Assembly (NCBI GenBank): GCA_040285825.1
Contig: JAUPSS010000008.1
Span: 1,116,001 to 1,180,000 of the forward strand
Source: Eukaryota sp. TZLM1-RC
Lineage: Eukaryota; Protista; Metamonada: BaSk clade
Reading direction: 5' to 3'
Length of the DNA stretch: 64,000 bases
Both the position numbers and the translations under genes were made by a program. The notes under the pieces are model-generated. The model saw nothing but the letters and a program-made list of their open reading frames with translations, made no database searches and was not told where the DNA came from. Of the stretch, positions 50,125-60,146 are shown in pieces. Numbering within the stretch: position 1 is the stretch's first letter; the number at the start of each line of letters is the position of its first letter.

Positions 50125-53100
50125 TGAATCTGCAACAAGGAAAAAGAAGCTTAGATTCATGGTAACGGGCGACCAATCAACGGAACTCCTCCAGAGACCA
50201 AAAACTTCCGGTAATTGCCCCCATTATATCAGAGAAAGAGCAATCGGTACAAGTCTGTTCAATTGATGTACTCCCTGACCACATTCCAACAGTCGATGTG
50301 ACAAAACGGGTAGACATACCCAGCAGGGTGGTTCAGGAACCATCAACTTCCTCCCAACCCATGCTTAGCAGTGCATCAGAAGACGAAGTAGAGTTGAACG
50401 GGCCTGGGTTAAACTAAACACCTCCCCCTCAACCCTCTAGAAGAATTCCTTCTGAGGAGCCTCTCCGTTTGGAAGATCTCCAATCTTCAAGGAATATTTT
50501 GGACATGAGTATCGCGAGTAGACTCTCGGTCTAGGTCAACAGAATACAAAGCTCCTTACCTATCCGAGAAGGATCCACTCAAAAAATGTCTCTCATCTCC
50601 CTCCTACTCAAGTTTCAAACATGGGACAAAGCCGGGCGTAAAATAGCCAATACAAGCTTCGAAGCTCCAGGACAATCTGACTGGTCTCGTGCTATGTTGA
50701 TAGCAAACCAAATATTTGGTGAAGGAAAAATTCAGATTACTCCTGAGCTCATCTCATCTTTCCCGACTCATATCAGACAAGAAATTGTTAGGAACATGAA
50801 ACAGCCACTTTTAAAAATTGACCCAGAACTGACGAAAGGAAGACTTTTCCTAGCTTGGTGCCAAATGACGGGAAACAGGTACACCATGGAACTTTTAAGG
50901 AAACAAGCAGAGAGAGAAGAAGACATTCCATTAGGCCTGTCGACCATGAGGACTTATTCTAGAGGAGTAATCCCATCTGGTCCAGGTTCTAAACGTCGCT
51001 CGGGAGGCGAGACCAAAGGAACTACCCAAACCAAATATATACCGGAAATACATGAACGGGATGGTTATAAGTTTTGCACATACTGCAATGTCACCAAAGG
51101 AAATAACCCTATCGGTCACACGGTATTTGAATGTAAAGACCCCCGTTGTACCAGGAGTAAGATACCCATGGAACTGAGGTTCATGATTTGTGAGGCTGAT
51201 CAGCCTGTGAGAGGTGGAAGTGTAGTTAGGGGCCAAGGTGGCCGTGGTAGACCTGTATCTAGATTTAGAGGTACGGACCGAGGTGGCCATTTTAGAGGAC
51301 ATAAAGGCAGAGGTCGTTATAGACTTATTAATCACATAAACACTCAAGAGAACACATCATCAATAACATCCGCTTCTGAGGACGAGTCAGCTAGTTCGAG
51401 CATGTCCCCTCACAGTCGGATCGCCCGTTTCATCAACAGGATCAGAAACACAGGAAATTTTCCCAATCGGAAACAAACCAACGCAATCAATCATGATCAA
51501 TCAATTGCCGATTTCGGAAACCCAGTTAACAACTCCCCAACAGCTCAACAATTCTTACTAAATTTTCTACAATTCCACAAACCCAGCTCTGATATCAATA
51601 GTATTTTTGGTATAAATTCTACAATTAGTAAGAACCACATCAGATCCCAGCGTTCTCCATTTCTAAGATTGGAGATATTAATAAATAATATAAAAATGAT
51701 TGCAATTATTGATTCGGCAGCGTTTTGTTCGGTTATAACAGAAGATTTGGCTAACAAATGCAACATGTCAATTAATAGAGATGATACAATTGAGTTCTTA
51801 CCAGCCAATAACGTATCAAGTAAATCGCTAGGGACTGCAAATGGTATTCTGTAGTTCGACGTAGGAAGCATTGCCCACCAGGTACATTACAGACATACCC
51901 TTCCATTAATCCCGGGTTCGAACAAACTATTAATAGGGACAGACATGTTAAAAACACTTGGGCTTCAGACGGATGATGGTCTTTTCAATAGATTAGACAA
52001 AGAACCCGCACTTTGTTAAATGCAGAATCTGAATTCGACTCAAGAATCGCTCAACATTCGATTGGGACCTTAGATAACCAATCATCGAGTCCTTCCAATT
52101 TTGAGGAGCAATTAACTAGATCTGGTTGTGAGATAAAATTAGATGATGATAATAATAAATTAAAATTAACGAGTCTACTAGGAAGTTTCAGCGATGTTTT
52201 TAGTGATACTCCGAACAGAAAAGGAATCGATTGTAATCCTCTAACAATCCCCTTTAGAGATGAGAATGCTATGGTACATAAGCCTGCTAGAACGTTCAAT
52301 CCCAGCAAAATGGAAATAGCAAACAAAATATTTGACAAACTGATCGAAATGGGCTATGCAGTTGAATCTAATTATATATTCAGCTCTCCTATTGTCTTAG
52401 TTATATATCCTGACGGCAAGAAACCCAGGTTAACTGGAGACTTTAGTGGTAAAGATGGAGTTAATGCCCACACGATTTCAGTAGAGCCTAATCTACCTAG
52501 GATTAGAGATATTTTAGAATTTTTGAGTAGAGCAGATTATTTTGCCACGCTTGATCTACCAAAAGCTTTCTGGCAGATGAATGTAGCTGAGAAGGACATC
52601 GAAAAAACATCAATCTCAATCCCTGGAAGGTCAATTATGTTCAAAAGAGCCTGTTTCGGATTAAAGAACATTCCCGCAGTCTTTCAAAACGTAATGATGG
52701 AAATTTTCCAAATTGATGGCGTTTTTATATATATTAACGATATCATAATAGTTGGAACGACTTTCAAAGAATTCTATAAGAGATTACAAAGAGTCCTCCA
52801 ATGCGCCAGAAATAGACGTGTAAATATAGGCTTACGTAACATCCAAACACCCTATTGCTATTTTAGGAAGCACCTTCCAGGACAAAACTACATTTGTTAG
52901 TAAGAAAAAGATCGAAGCCTTGATGAGAAACCCTAGACCAAAATCAGTGAAAAAAGTTCGCTCATTGGTAGGATCCATCAATTATATTAGAGATTGGCTT
53001 CCAGGTATTTCCGAATTAATAGCTGTTAATTAATGAGTTAATTAAAGGAAAACCTGGAATAATTAAATGGACCAACGAGCATGATAATTATTTCAAACAA

Positions 53101-53577
53101 ATAAAAGATTTAATAATTAATCACATGCCCCTTGAATTACCAGCTCGGGGCAAGCGTGTATTAATAAGTACTGACGCATCAGATGTAGCAGTAGGAGGTG
53201 TTATTTAGCAGGAAATTGAACCATACTCTCCTGCAGGAATCCCGCTAAATAAAAGGAAAGTGAAACCTTTGTCGTTCTATAGTAGATTACTTACAGAAAC
53301 ACAAAGAAAATGGTCCACTTTACAGAAAGAATTATACGCAATACTTCTGATTTTAACTGAAAGTTGTTGAGAAAGCTACCTTTTGACTAGACATCTAACA
53401 ATTTTCACTGATCACAAAAATATTGCATTCCTAACTACAGCCCCAGAGAAAAACAGAATTGTAAAGAGATGGCTGCCGATACTATCTGAATTCGACTTTG
53501 ATATAGTCCATGAACTAAGTGAAGATAACCACTGGGCAGATATGCTATCGAGGAACATTGATTTAGATCAAAACGAG
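50125..53577 (+). mobile_element. Ty3/gypsy family C fragment: gag, protease, RT, RNase H (degenerate)
   Basis: CTYC..GH....C, IIDSAAFCS, LDLPKAFWQ, YIND, TDASD, FTDHKN. Stops and frameshifts. Confidence 0.88.
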
Positions 53578-53618
53578 ATTTATTTTTATTTTTATTTTGT
53601 AGTGTTTTTTGTTTTTTG

Positions 53619-53868
53619 AGAAACTTTTGAGACCGATCTACAAATACCTCAGTAGCATTTGGTAGATCCACTTAGATACATCAAGTCGCGAGGCTTTGTT
53701 CTGTGAAAGCAGTAGGTCTATTTAAGTGAGGTAGCCCATTGATGAAGATCATGATTGTCTTTGTCAAATGATGCTACATGTCTCTTACAGCCTGTGAGTA
53801 GACATTGAGAAAGTTGAAAACAGGAGTGAATTTCACAGGGGAATGTATGATAAGTGAAATTCACAGTA
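53619..53868 (+). ncRNA. Stand-alone candidate omegaRNA scaffold (ORF-less copy)
   Basis: Near-identical to 63222-63477. Multiple hairpins and a GCCTGTG/ACAGG pseudoknot. Confidence 0.6.
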
Positions 53869-53927
53869 AATTAATGCTATTATTTGTGTGATACCAACTT
53901 TTGTACTAATCCTTTTATCTCGCACTT

Positions 53928-56240
53928 ATGCCCCTACCCTTCTTAAGGTCAGAAGAAGTGGTTCCTATTCGTCTTTGGATACATCGTGATGCGTCTCATA
54001 CCACCTTTCGACTTTTAGGACAATATCAGTGTATTCAATTCCGTGACCTTGGATTCAACACTTCTCTTCTACAACGTCAATACGTCAATGAAGTTAAGCT
54101 GTGTGATGACCTACAACGCAGGCTTCTCTTTGTCAAAAACCAGTTATCAGAGAACAATGTAACCTTGCCCTCTGAACCTCCTTCACCATCCATATCAATA
54201 CCTCTCCATCTTATTGACCAAGAACTTCTTGATTTTGAATCTCGTCTTGCTCAACTCCTGGAACACGACTCTGCCCTTCATGACCAACTCTCCTTGTATA
54301 AAGACCATCACCTTGTTGTCTCCTCAATAGGACACCTTTTACAATCTCAGCATAGTTCTGCCTCAATTGAGCTCTCCACTGTCCTTGACACTGCCCGTGA
54401 ACCTCTCCTCTCCTCTCCTTCTCTGTCTGGGTTTGCTTCCACCACCTTCTCTTCATTGGGTCTCCTAGCTGGGGTTTTTGCCACTAATAAAACCAGAGAT
54501 ATTCTTAAATCTTTATGGAGAGCCACTAGAGGCAATCATTATTTAAAACTTGTCACTCTTGCTGAGAATAAAACTTGTTTTGTTGGGTTTTATTCTGGTG
54601 AAGTTGTGCGTTTGAAGATGACAAAGATTTTGGAGGCGTTTGGTGTGGAAATTTTTCATTTGCCGCACTCGGATGACGTGCGAAGGGATCAGATGAATGA
54701 CCTAAAGATCAAAATTCAAGACTTGGAAAGAATTCTTCACCAGTCAAGTGTTCATAAAGGAATGATCCTCAATGAGGCGAGTTCTAAAGTTTGTGTCTGG
54801 AGCTACGTAATTAACAGAGAAAAAGCCATCTACCACGCCCTCAACCTCGCAAACTACGACACTTCTACTGACTTTGTTGTTGCGGAAGGCTGGGCCGTGA
54901 AGACTTCCCTCGCTACAATCACTAATGTTCTTAGCGAAGGTAGTTCATGTTCAGGAATTTCAGTTCCAGCATCATTTATAGAAGAACTTGACTCAATTAA
55001 TGAAAACCCTCCAACCGTTTTTAATACTGGGAAAGTATTTGACATTTTCCAAGCTATCACTAATTCTTATGGTCTACCTAAATATGGAGAGGTTAACCCC
55101 GCTCTCTTCTCGCTTGTTACATTTCCTTTTCTTTTTGCGATGATGTTTGGTGATGTTGGCCACGGAATATTACTTTGTTTAATAGCTCTTTGGTTTGTTC
55201 ATAAAGAAAAGGTAAACGAAAAGAAGCAACTAGGTGATATTGCTCAATACTTACACTCTGGAAGATACATTTTGCTCTTCATGGGTGTACTGAGTATTTT
55301 CACTGGTTTTATTTACAATGATTTCTTTTCCTTATCAATGCATTTATTTAAGTCTGGCTATGACTGCAGTTCTGGTCGTTGCATTCAAACAGGCGTTTAT
55401 GCTTTCGGTTTTGATTATCATTGGAAGGAAGCCAGTAATGAATTGTTATTTTATAATTCTTTTAAGATGAAATTTTCAATTGTTTTAGGAGTGTTGCAAA
55501 TGGTTCTCGGCTTGTTTCTTTCTCTTCTCAACCATTTGCATTTCAAAAACACTATTAATGTTATTGGAAGGTTCGTTCCGGAATTTCTAATGCTTACCTC
55601 TATATTTGGTTATCTAGTCTTTACAATGTACCTCAAATGGTTCTCGACCTGGGATAACACCTTCCACACCCCTTCCTTAGTCCATGTCTTGATAAACATG
55701 TTTTTGTCTCCAAAAGAATTAACCCCAGATGAATACCAGTTATTCAGAGGACAATTACGTGTTCAACAATTGCTATTAGGCTTATTCATAGCGTCTATAT
55801 TCTGGTTATTGCTAGCTAAACCTCTTTTTTACCTAAAGAAAAGCAGTAAAACTTATCTTTCTGTCTCTGATTCTGAAACTCCTGACCCTGTTTCCATTGC
55901 TGATGTTGTTGTTGGTCAGGTTATCCACACAATTGAATTTGTTCTTGGTTGTATTAGTAACACTGCCAGTTATCTCCGTATTTGGGCTCTTTCTCTGTCT
56001 CATGCTGCATTGTCTGCAGTGTTTTTCGATATGTTGCTAGTTAAAAGTATTCAAAGTGGTAACGTTATAGTTGTTTGTCTTGGCTTTGCAACTTGGACTG
56101 CAGCCACTCTTGGAGTTTTGGTTATCATGGAAGCTCTTTCTGCATTTCTACATGCACTAAGACTGCATTGGGTAGAGTTTCAGAATAAGTTTTTTGATGG
56201 TACAGGAACACCATTTAAGCCATTTTCAACCAATCTGTAA
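53928..56240 (+). CDS. VPH1: V-type proton ATPase V0 subunit a
   Basis: FLRSEE, QFRDL, EGW, YGEVNP, FAMMFGDVGHG, NTASYLRIWALSLSH (essential Arg), LHALRLHWVEF. Confidence 0.97.
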   Translation: MPLPFLRSEEVVPIRLWIHRDASHTTFRLLGQYQCIQFRDLGFNTSLLQRQYVNEVKLCDDLQRRLLFVKNQLSENNVTLPSEPPSPSISIPLHLIDQELLDFESRLAQLLEHDSALHDQLSLYKDHHLVVSSIGHLLQSQHSSASIELSTVLDTAREPLLSSPSLSGFASTTFSSLGLLAGVFATNKTRDILKSLWRATRGNHYLKLVTLAENKTCFVGFYSGEVVRLKMTKILEAFGVEIFHLPHSDDVRRDQMNDLKIKIQDLERILHQSSVHKGMILNEASSKVCVWSYVINREKAIYHALNLANYDTSTDFVVAEGWAVKTSLATITNVLSEGSSCSGISVPASFIEELDSINENPPTVFNTGKVFDIFQAITNSYGLPKYGEVNPALFSLVTFPFLFAMMFGDVGHGILLCLIALWFVHKEKVNEKKQLGDIAQYLHSGRYILLFMGVLSIFTGFIYNDFFSLSMHLFKSGYDCSSGRCIQTGVYAFGFDYHWKEASNELLFYNSFKMKFSIVLGVLQMVLGLFLSLLNHLHFKNTINVIGRFVPEFLMLTSIFGYLVFTMYLKWFSTWDNTFHTPSLVHVLINMFLSPKELTPDEYQLFRGQLRVQQLLLGLFIASIFWLLLAKPLFYLKKSSKTYLSVSDSETPDPVSIADVVVGQVIHTIEFVLGCISNTASYLRIWALSLSHAALSAVFFDMLLVKSIQSGNVIVVCLGFATWTAATLGVLVIMEALSAFLHALRLHWVEFQNKFFDGTGTPFKPFSTNL

Positions 56241-56512
56241 ATAATAATGTACTCATTTTCTGTTTTAGTTTTTGTATAGTATTTGGTGACTAAATTGATT
56301 AATCTCTTGCTTTTTATTACAAACCACATTAAACAAGAAGTTTTTTCAATTTTCCACTTGTCTACTGTTGTTTTGGACTTCATTATGATTAAAAAAGAAT
56401 TTATCTAATCAATGTTACTCTTGATATTTGATCAGAACCGCTACTCGAGAAAGAACTAAAAGAGAACAAAAAATGGATAAGGTGTTGAAAAACACTTAGA
56501 CTTGGCACAAAT

Positions 56513-56950
56513 CTATTCAGCTTCACCAGCAGAGGAAAATTTGGTAACAGCCTTGGTACCTTCAGAGACAGCATGCTTGGAGAGTTCACCAGGTAACAAT
56601 AATCTTACAGCAGTCTGAATCTCACGAGAAGAAAGAGTATTTCTCTTGTTGACACGAGCAAGACGGGAAGCTTCAGTGGCGATACGTTCAAAAATGTCAT
56701 TAACAAAAGAGTTCATGATACCCATAGCCTTGGTGGAGATACCAGTATCGGGATGGACTTGACGTAGAACACGGTAAATGTAAGTAGCCCATGTCTCCTT
56801 ACGGGCCTTCTTGCGCTTGGGGGCAGCAGGGACAGCACCTCCTTCGGCAACAGCCTTGCTTACAGCCTTAGCAGGGGCCTTTGACGGGGCTTTGGAGGGA
56901 ACTCCCTTGATGGATTTGGTAGACTTAACAGACTTTTTTCCGGGTTCAAT
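56513..56950 (-). CDS. H2B: Histone H2B (no in-frame ATG at the N-terminus; possibly a pseudogene)
   Basis: [35 protein letters not shown]...[20 protein letters not shown]. Confidence 0.85.
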   Translation of the reverse strand: MEPGKKSVKSTKSIKGVPSKAPSKAPAKAVSKAVAEGGAVPAAPKRKKARKETWATYIYRVLRQVHPDTGISTKAMGIMNSFVNDIFERIATEASRLARVNKRNTLSSREIQTAVRLLLPGELSKHAVSEGTKAVTKFSSAGEAE

Positions 56951-57018
56951 GTTTTGCCACAAATGACAATCTTGCAACAATCACAATCTTCAGATTGTCG
57001 TGTTGAAGTTGATCTCTC

Positions 57019-57393
57019 ATGGCTGAAGAAACTGGTGCTCGTACTCTTTCCTTCAAAGCTGGACTTTAACTCCCTGTAGGTCGTTACCTCCGTGAAGGTT
57101 GTTATGCTGAACGTATTGCTACTGGTGCTCCCGTCTATATGGCTGCTGTCCTTGAATACCTCACCGCTGAGGTTCTTGAATTAACTGGCAACGCTGCCAG
57201 AGATAACAAGAAGACCCGCATCGTCCCCAGACACATTCTCTTGGCTATCCGTAATGATGAAGAACTCAGCAAGCTCTTGTACCACATTATGATTCCCTCT
57301 GGTGGTGTATTTCCTCATATTCATTCTGATCTGCTTCCCAAGGGGTCCAAGGCACGAGTGGAAGCCGAAGAACAGGCTTCCCAAGAAATCTAG
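57019..57393 (+). pseudogene. H2A: Histone H2A pseudogene
   Basis: ATG 57019, KAGL*LPVGR (TAA at conserved Gln), short deletion after VGR, then [14 protein letters not shown]...IRNDEEL. Confidence 0.85.
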
Positions 57394-57504
57394 CCTGATT
57401 GATATTAAAGGTGTTTTTCAATACCTTTGGGGTAATAAAATTTATTCTATTTTGATCTTACCTAGCAGATCCTTCTGGCAAGAAAATCTGTACTTTTATG
57501 CACA

Positions 57505-57828
57505 CTAAACCCAGTAGTTTGATTCATCTCTCACATTAATTCTTCCACAACAACAAATGTACAGCAACGCCATAACCAGCAGCTCAACAATGACATTGAT
57601 TATCCAAACAATCCACCAATAAACTAGATAAATAATTATTAACAGTACTTTTAATAAGAACCACAATGTCACTGGTACAAGTAGTAGTATCTTCTTCCAC
57701 CAACTTGTGTCAGGCATATCCCAATTGAAGTTTAACCAAAAAGGGAACAGTGGTTTCGCCTGAAAAATGGTAGGACCAGAACGAACAGGATCGATACATA
57801 GTATCAGCGGAATGATATAGAACATCAA
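57505..57828 (-). CDS. Small hydrophobic membrane protein
   Basis: 107-aa ORF with long hydrophobic stretches and a CCC cluster. Confidence 0.45.
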   Translation of the reverse strand: MMFYIIPLILCIDPVRSGPTIFQAKPLFPFWLNFNWDMPDTSWWKKILLLVPVTLWFLLKVLLIIIYLVYWWIVWIINVIVELLVMALLYICCCGRINVRDESNYWV

Positions 57829-57939
57829 AAAGGAAACAAAGTGTTACCAACCCAAAGATCTCCGTTTAAACCCCTTTACAATTTCCAAGGTTTTCCAAAC
57901 AATAAACTTAGATTTACTTAATTAACTTTATTATCTACC

Positions 57940-58782
57940 CTAATCCCTCTTCTTTGCAGTCCAATGCTTCACAATACCACTATCCCCACTTCGATTCACC
58001 ACCTCTACATAGTCAGAGCTATCAACACTTGATTCTATCTTTGGCCACAGTTCATCTAAAATGACTAAATCTGCTTTACAAAGACTATTCGCCAAGAGCT
58101 TTTTAATTTGCATAGTTGAAATACTGTGATTTGTAAAAAAGAGATAATTGACAATAATATTGACAAATGTTCTCTTATTTCGATTGTGAACTTCCAATTC
58201 CTTTACCCAATTGAAACCAATTAATATTGAACAAAAAATCCAAAATCCAAAGAAAAAAGGGGTGTAAAATGAAGAATTCTTGATTAGATTGATTAGATTT
58301 CGGTCTACAATCAACACTTCAACAAATGATTTGATTGAGTCAGTAATGGAAGTGAGATACGCTGCATTATCAAGCAAAAACTGGCTGGTCTCGGAGCTTG
58401 TGTTCCATTGATTGTAAAGTAGACAAAAGGAAAATGACACCAGACAAAACAAAACTAACGAAAAGCAGAATATAAGAAAAGGAAAACTTCTGTGTTGAAG
58501 AGAAGCAACGAATATTGGACACGGATCGGGTTCTGCGATTCTAGTTTCACAAGAGAGGTCTTCTTCGTCAGATTCAGAAATTTCAAGGGGTAGAGTTTGT
58601 TTTAAGGAAGATCCTTGAAGGTATACCGATGTTTCATGTTTATCAATTGTCTCGGCAGAAAGTGGGACTTGACTAAGTGTGGGTTCTGTAGGAGAATGGT
58701 TGATATCAGGAGAGTTGTGTGCAGAATCCCGGGCCATACTGCGGGTAACCCTCCGGGGAGTTTTTGGTGCTTTGGAATACAT
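57940..58782 (-). CDS. Two-TM protein with probable Man1/Src1 C-terminal-like domain (inner nuclear membrane)
   Basis: Basic S/T-P N-terminus, two TM helices, C-terminal LWPKIESSV...V...G..KHW pattern. Preceded by the conserved upstream motif. Confidence 0.5.
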   Translation of the reverse strand: MYSKAPKTPRRVTRSMARDSAHNSPDINHSPTEPTLSQVPLSAETIDKHETSVYLQGSSLKQTLPLEISESDEEDLSCETRIAEPDPCPIFVASLQHRSFPFLIFCFSLVLFCLVSFSFCLLYNQWNTSSETSQFLLDNAAYLTSITDSIKSFVEVLIVDRNLINLIKNSSFYTPFFFGFWIFCSILIGFNWVKELEVHNRNKRTFVNIIVNYLFFTNHSISTMQIKKLLANSLCKADLVILDELWPKIESSVDSSDYVEVVNRSGDSGIVKHWTAKKRD

Positions 58783-58800
58783 TTGAATGTGAAAGTATTA

Positions 58801-58892
58801 CTGTGGTTGAATTTTAGGTTGAATACCAGTACAAATCCCTTTATTTCCCTTCCCTCCCTAATCCCTCCCTAATCCCTTTTTTGTGTTTCTGA
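58801..58892 (-). promoter_or_regulatory. G-rich conserved upstream motif (copy C)
   Basis: Same motif as 5495-5588. Ends 18 nt before the ATG at 58782. Confidence 0.65.
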
Positions 58893-58904
58893 CCTATTGA
58901 GATA

Positions 58905-59200
58905 AACACTTGCTCAAAACTCTGGTCTTGATGCTGAAGAGACTATTATCAACTTGCAAGAAGAAGCCGAAGAGGGTGGCATTGTTGGTTTAGATGTCTT
59001 TTCTGGAGAAGCCTGTGATCCAAAGGAACTTGGAATTTGGGACAACTATTGTGATTTAAGAAATATGATTCGTTCATCTGCTGTGATTTCTTCTCAATTA
59101 TTGTTGTGTGATGAAATTATAGCTGCTGGTTTGTTACCTTATGATCATTCTGTTAACTTTAGGAAGAAGCTTGTCAATGAAAGCTCAACAACAAGGATAG
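58905..59200 (+). pseudogene. CCT6: CCT6 3' fragment with 34-nt intron
   Basis: As 5188-5482. Splicing restores ...IIAAGRSLSMKAQQQG*. Confidence 0.8.
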
Positions 59201-60146
59201 TTGGATTTGTATTGCATAGAAATAAATATGGCTTAATTATTTGATTTTAATGTTTTAGCATTGACATGCTGTCACAACAGTGTAAATATGTGAATCTTTT
59301 GTTGGCTGTTTTAATGTTTTTCTCATTAATAGAGGATTTATAATTGCTGTTCATAAAAGGATGGTTGTGTGTTCATCAAAACAACTGAAGCTTCATGATA
59401 ACATACATACAGAAATCTTTTCACTGTTTCGCAGAACTCAATTATTGTTAACAAACTTCAATCATTATTGATAGTATCATTTCTGTGGAATTTATTTTCC
59501 ATTGAGTTGTTGCCTAATTGGTAGATTTGTTCAGACCAAATCCATAGCAATTACCACAAGCAGAGAGTGCCAATGTATGATGAATACCTACACTACAAGA
59601 AACAATGTTAGAGAAGAAGGGTAACTGGAAATTCTTTCTACCAGTAGCATGAGGAGGAAAATATCGGGAGAGAACACCAGGTGTTGGAGATGAGAATAAA
59701 GAAACAGAAGGTGCAACAGAGCCAATAAGGTTGATTCATTTTGTGCGAGACCAGAGAATTGAGTTTCCTTTAGATATGTAGCGAATTCTGTGAGATGGTA
59801 CAGATAAGGCAAGAAAATCGTGAAGAGGTAGGAAGAATACACCGCCAAAGCTATCCTCAAAACCAACAAAGAAACGTTCTTTAGACAAAGAAGTATCGTG
59901 GACTAATCTGTTGATGATGCTGAGAGCGTCTTTCATGAGTTACATAGTGTTGAAATTCCAGAAACTATTGCAAAGGATACCTAGTTTATGAACCTAGTTT
60001 ATGAAGTGAGGGGAAAGTGTGGGAATAGTGTGTGAAAACCTCCCAAAACCAAGTTGAGGGTTAAAAACCTCCCAGAATAGGCAACCAGAAGTCGAAAATG
60101 GGTGACAAGTGTAAAATTTGATAGATGAGCTCTTTATTCTCACTAC

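Noticed and set aside
57060-57075. TAA/TAG at Gln positions (H2A; also ~15825), suggesting a TAR=Gln genetic code
   Set aside because: Long conserved genes (770-aa V-ATPase a, CSN6) have no internal TAR and end in TAA at expected C-termini, and the H2A has other lesions. C>T nonsense mutations are simpler.
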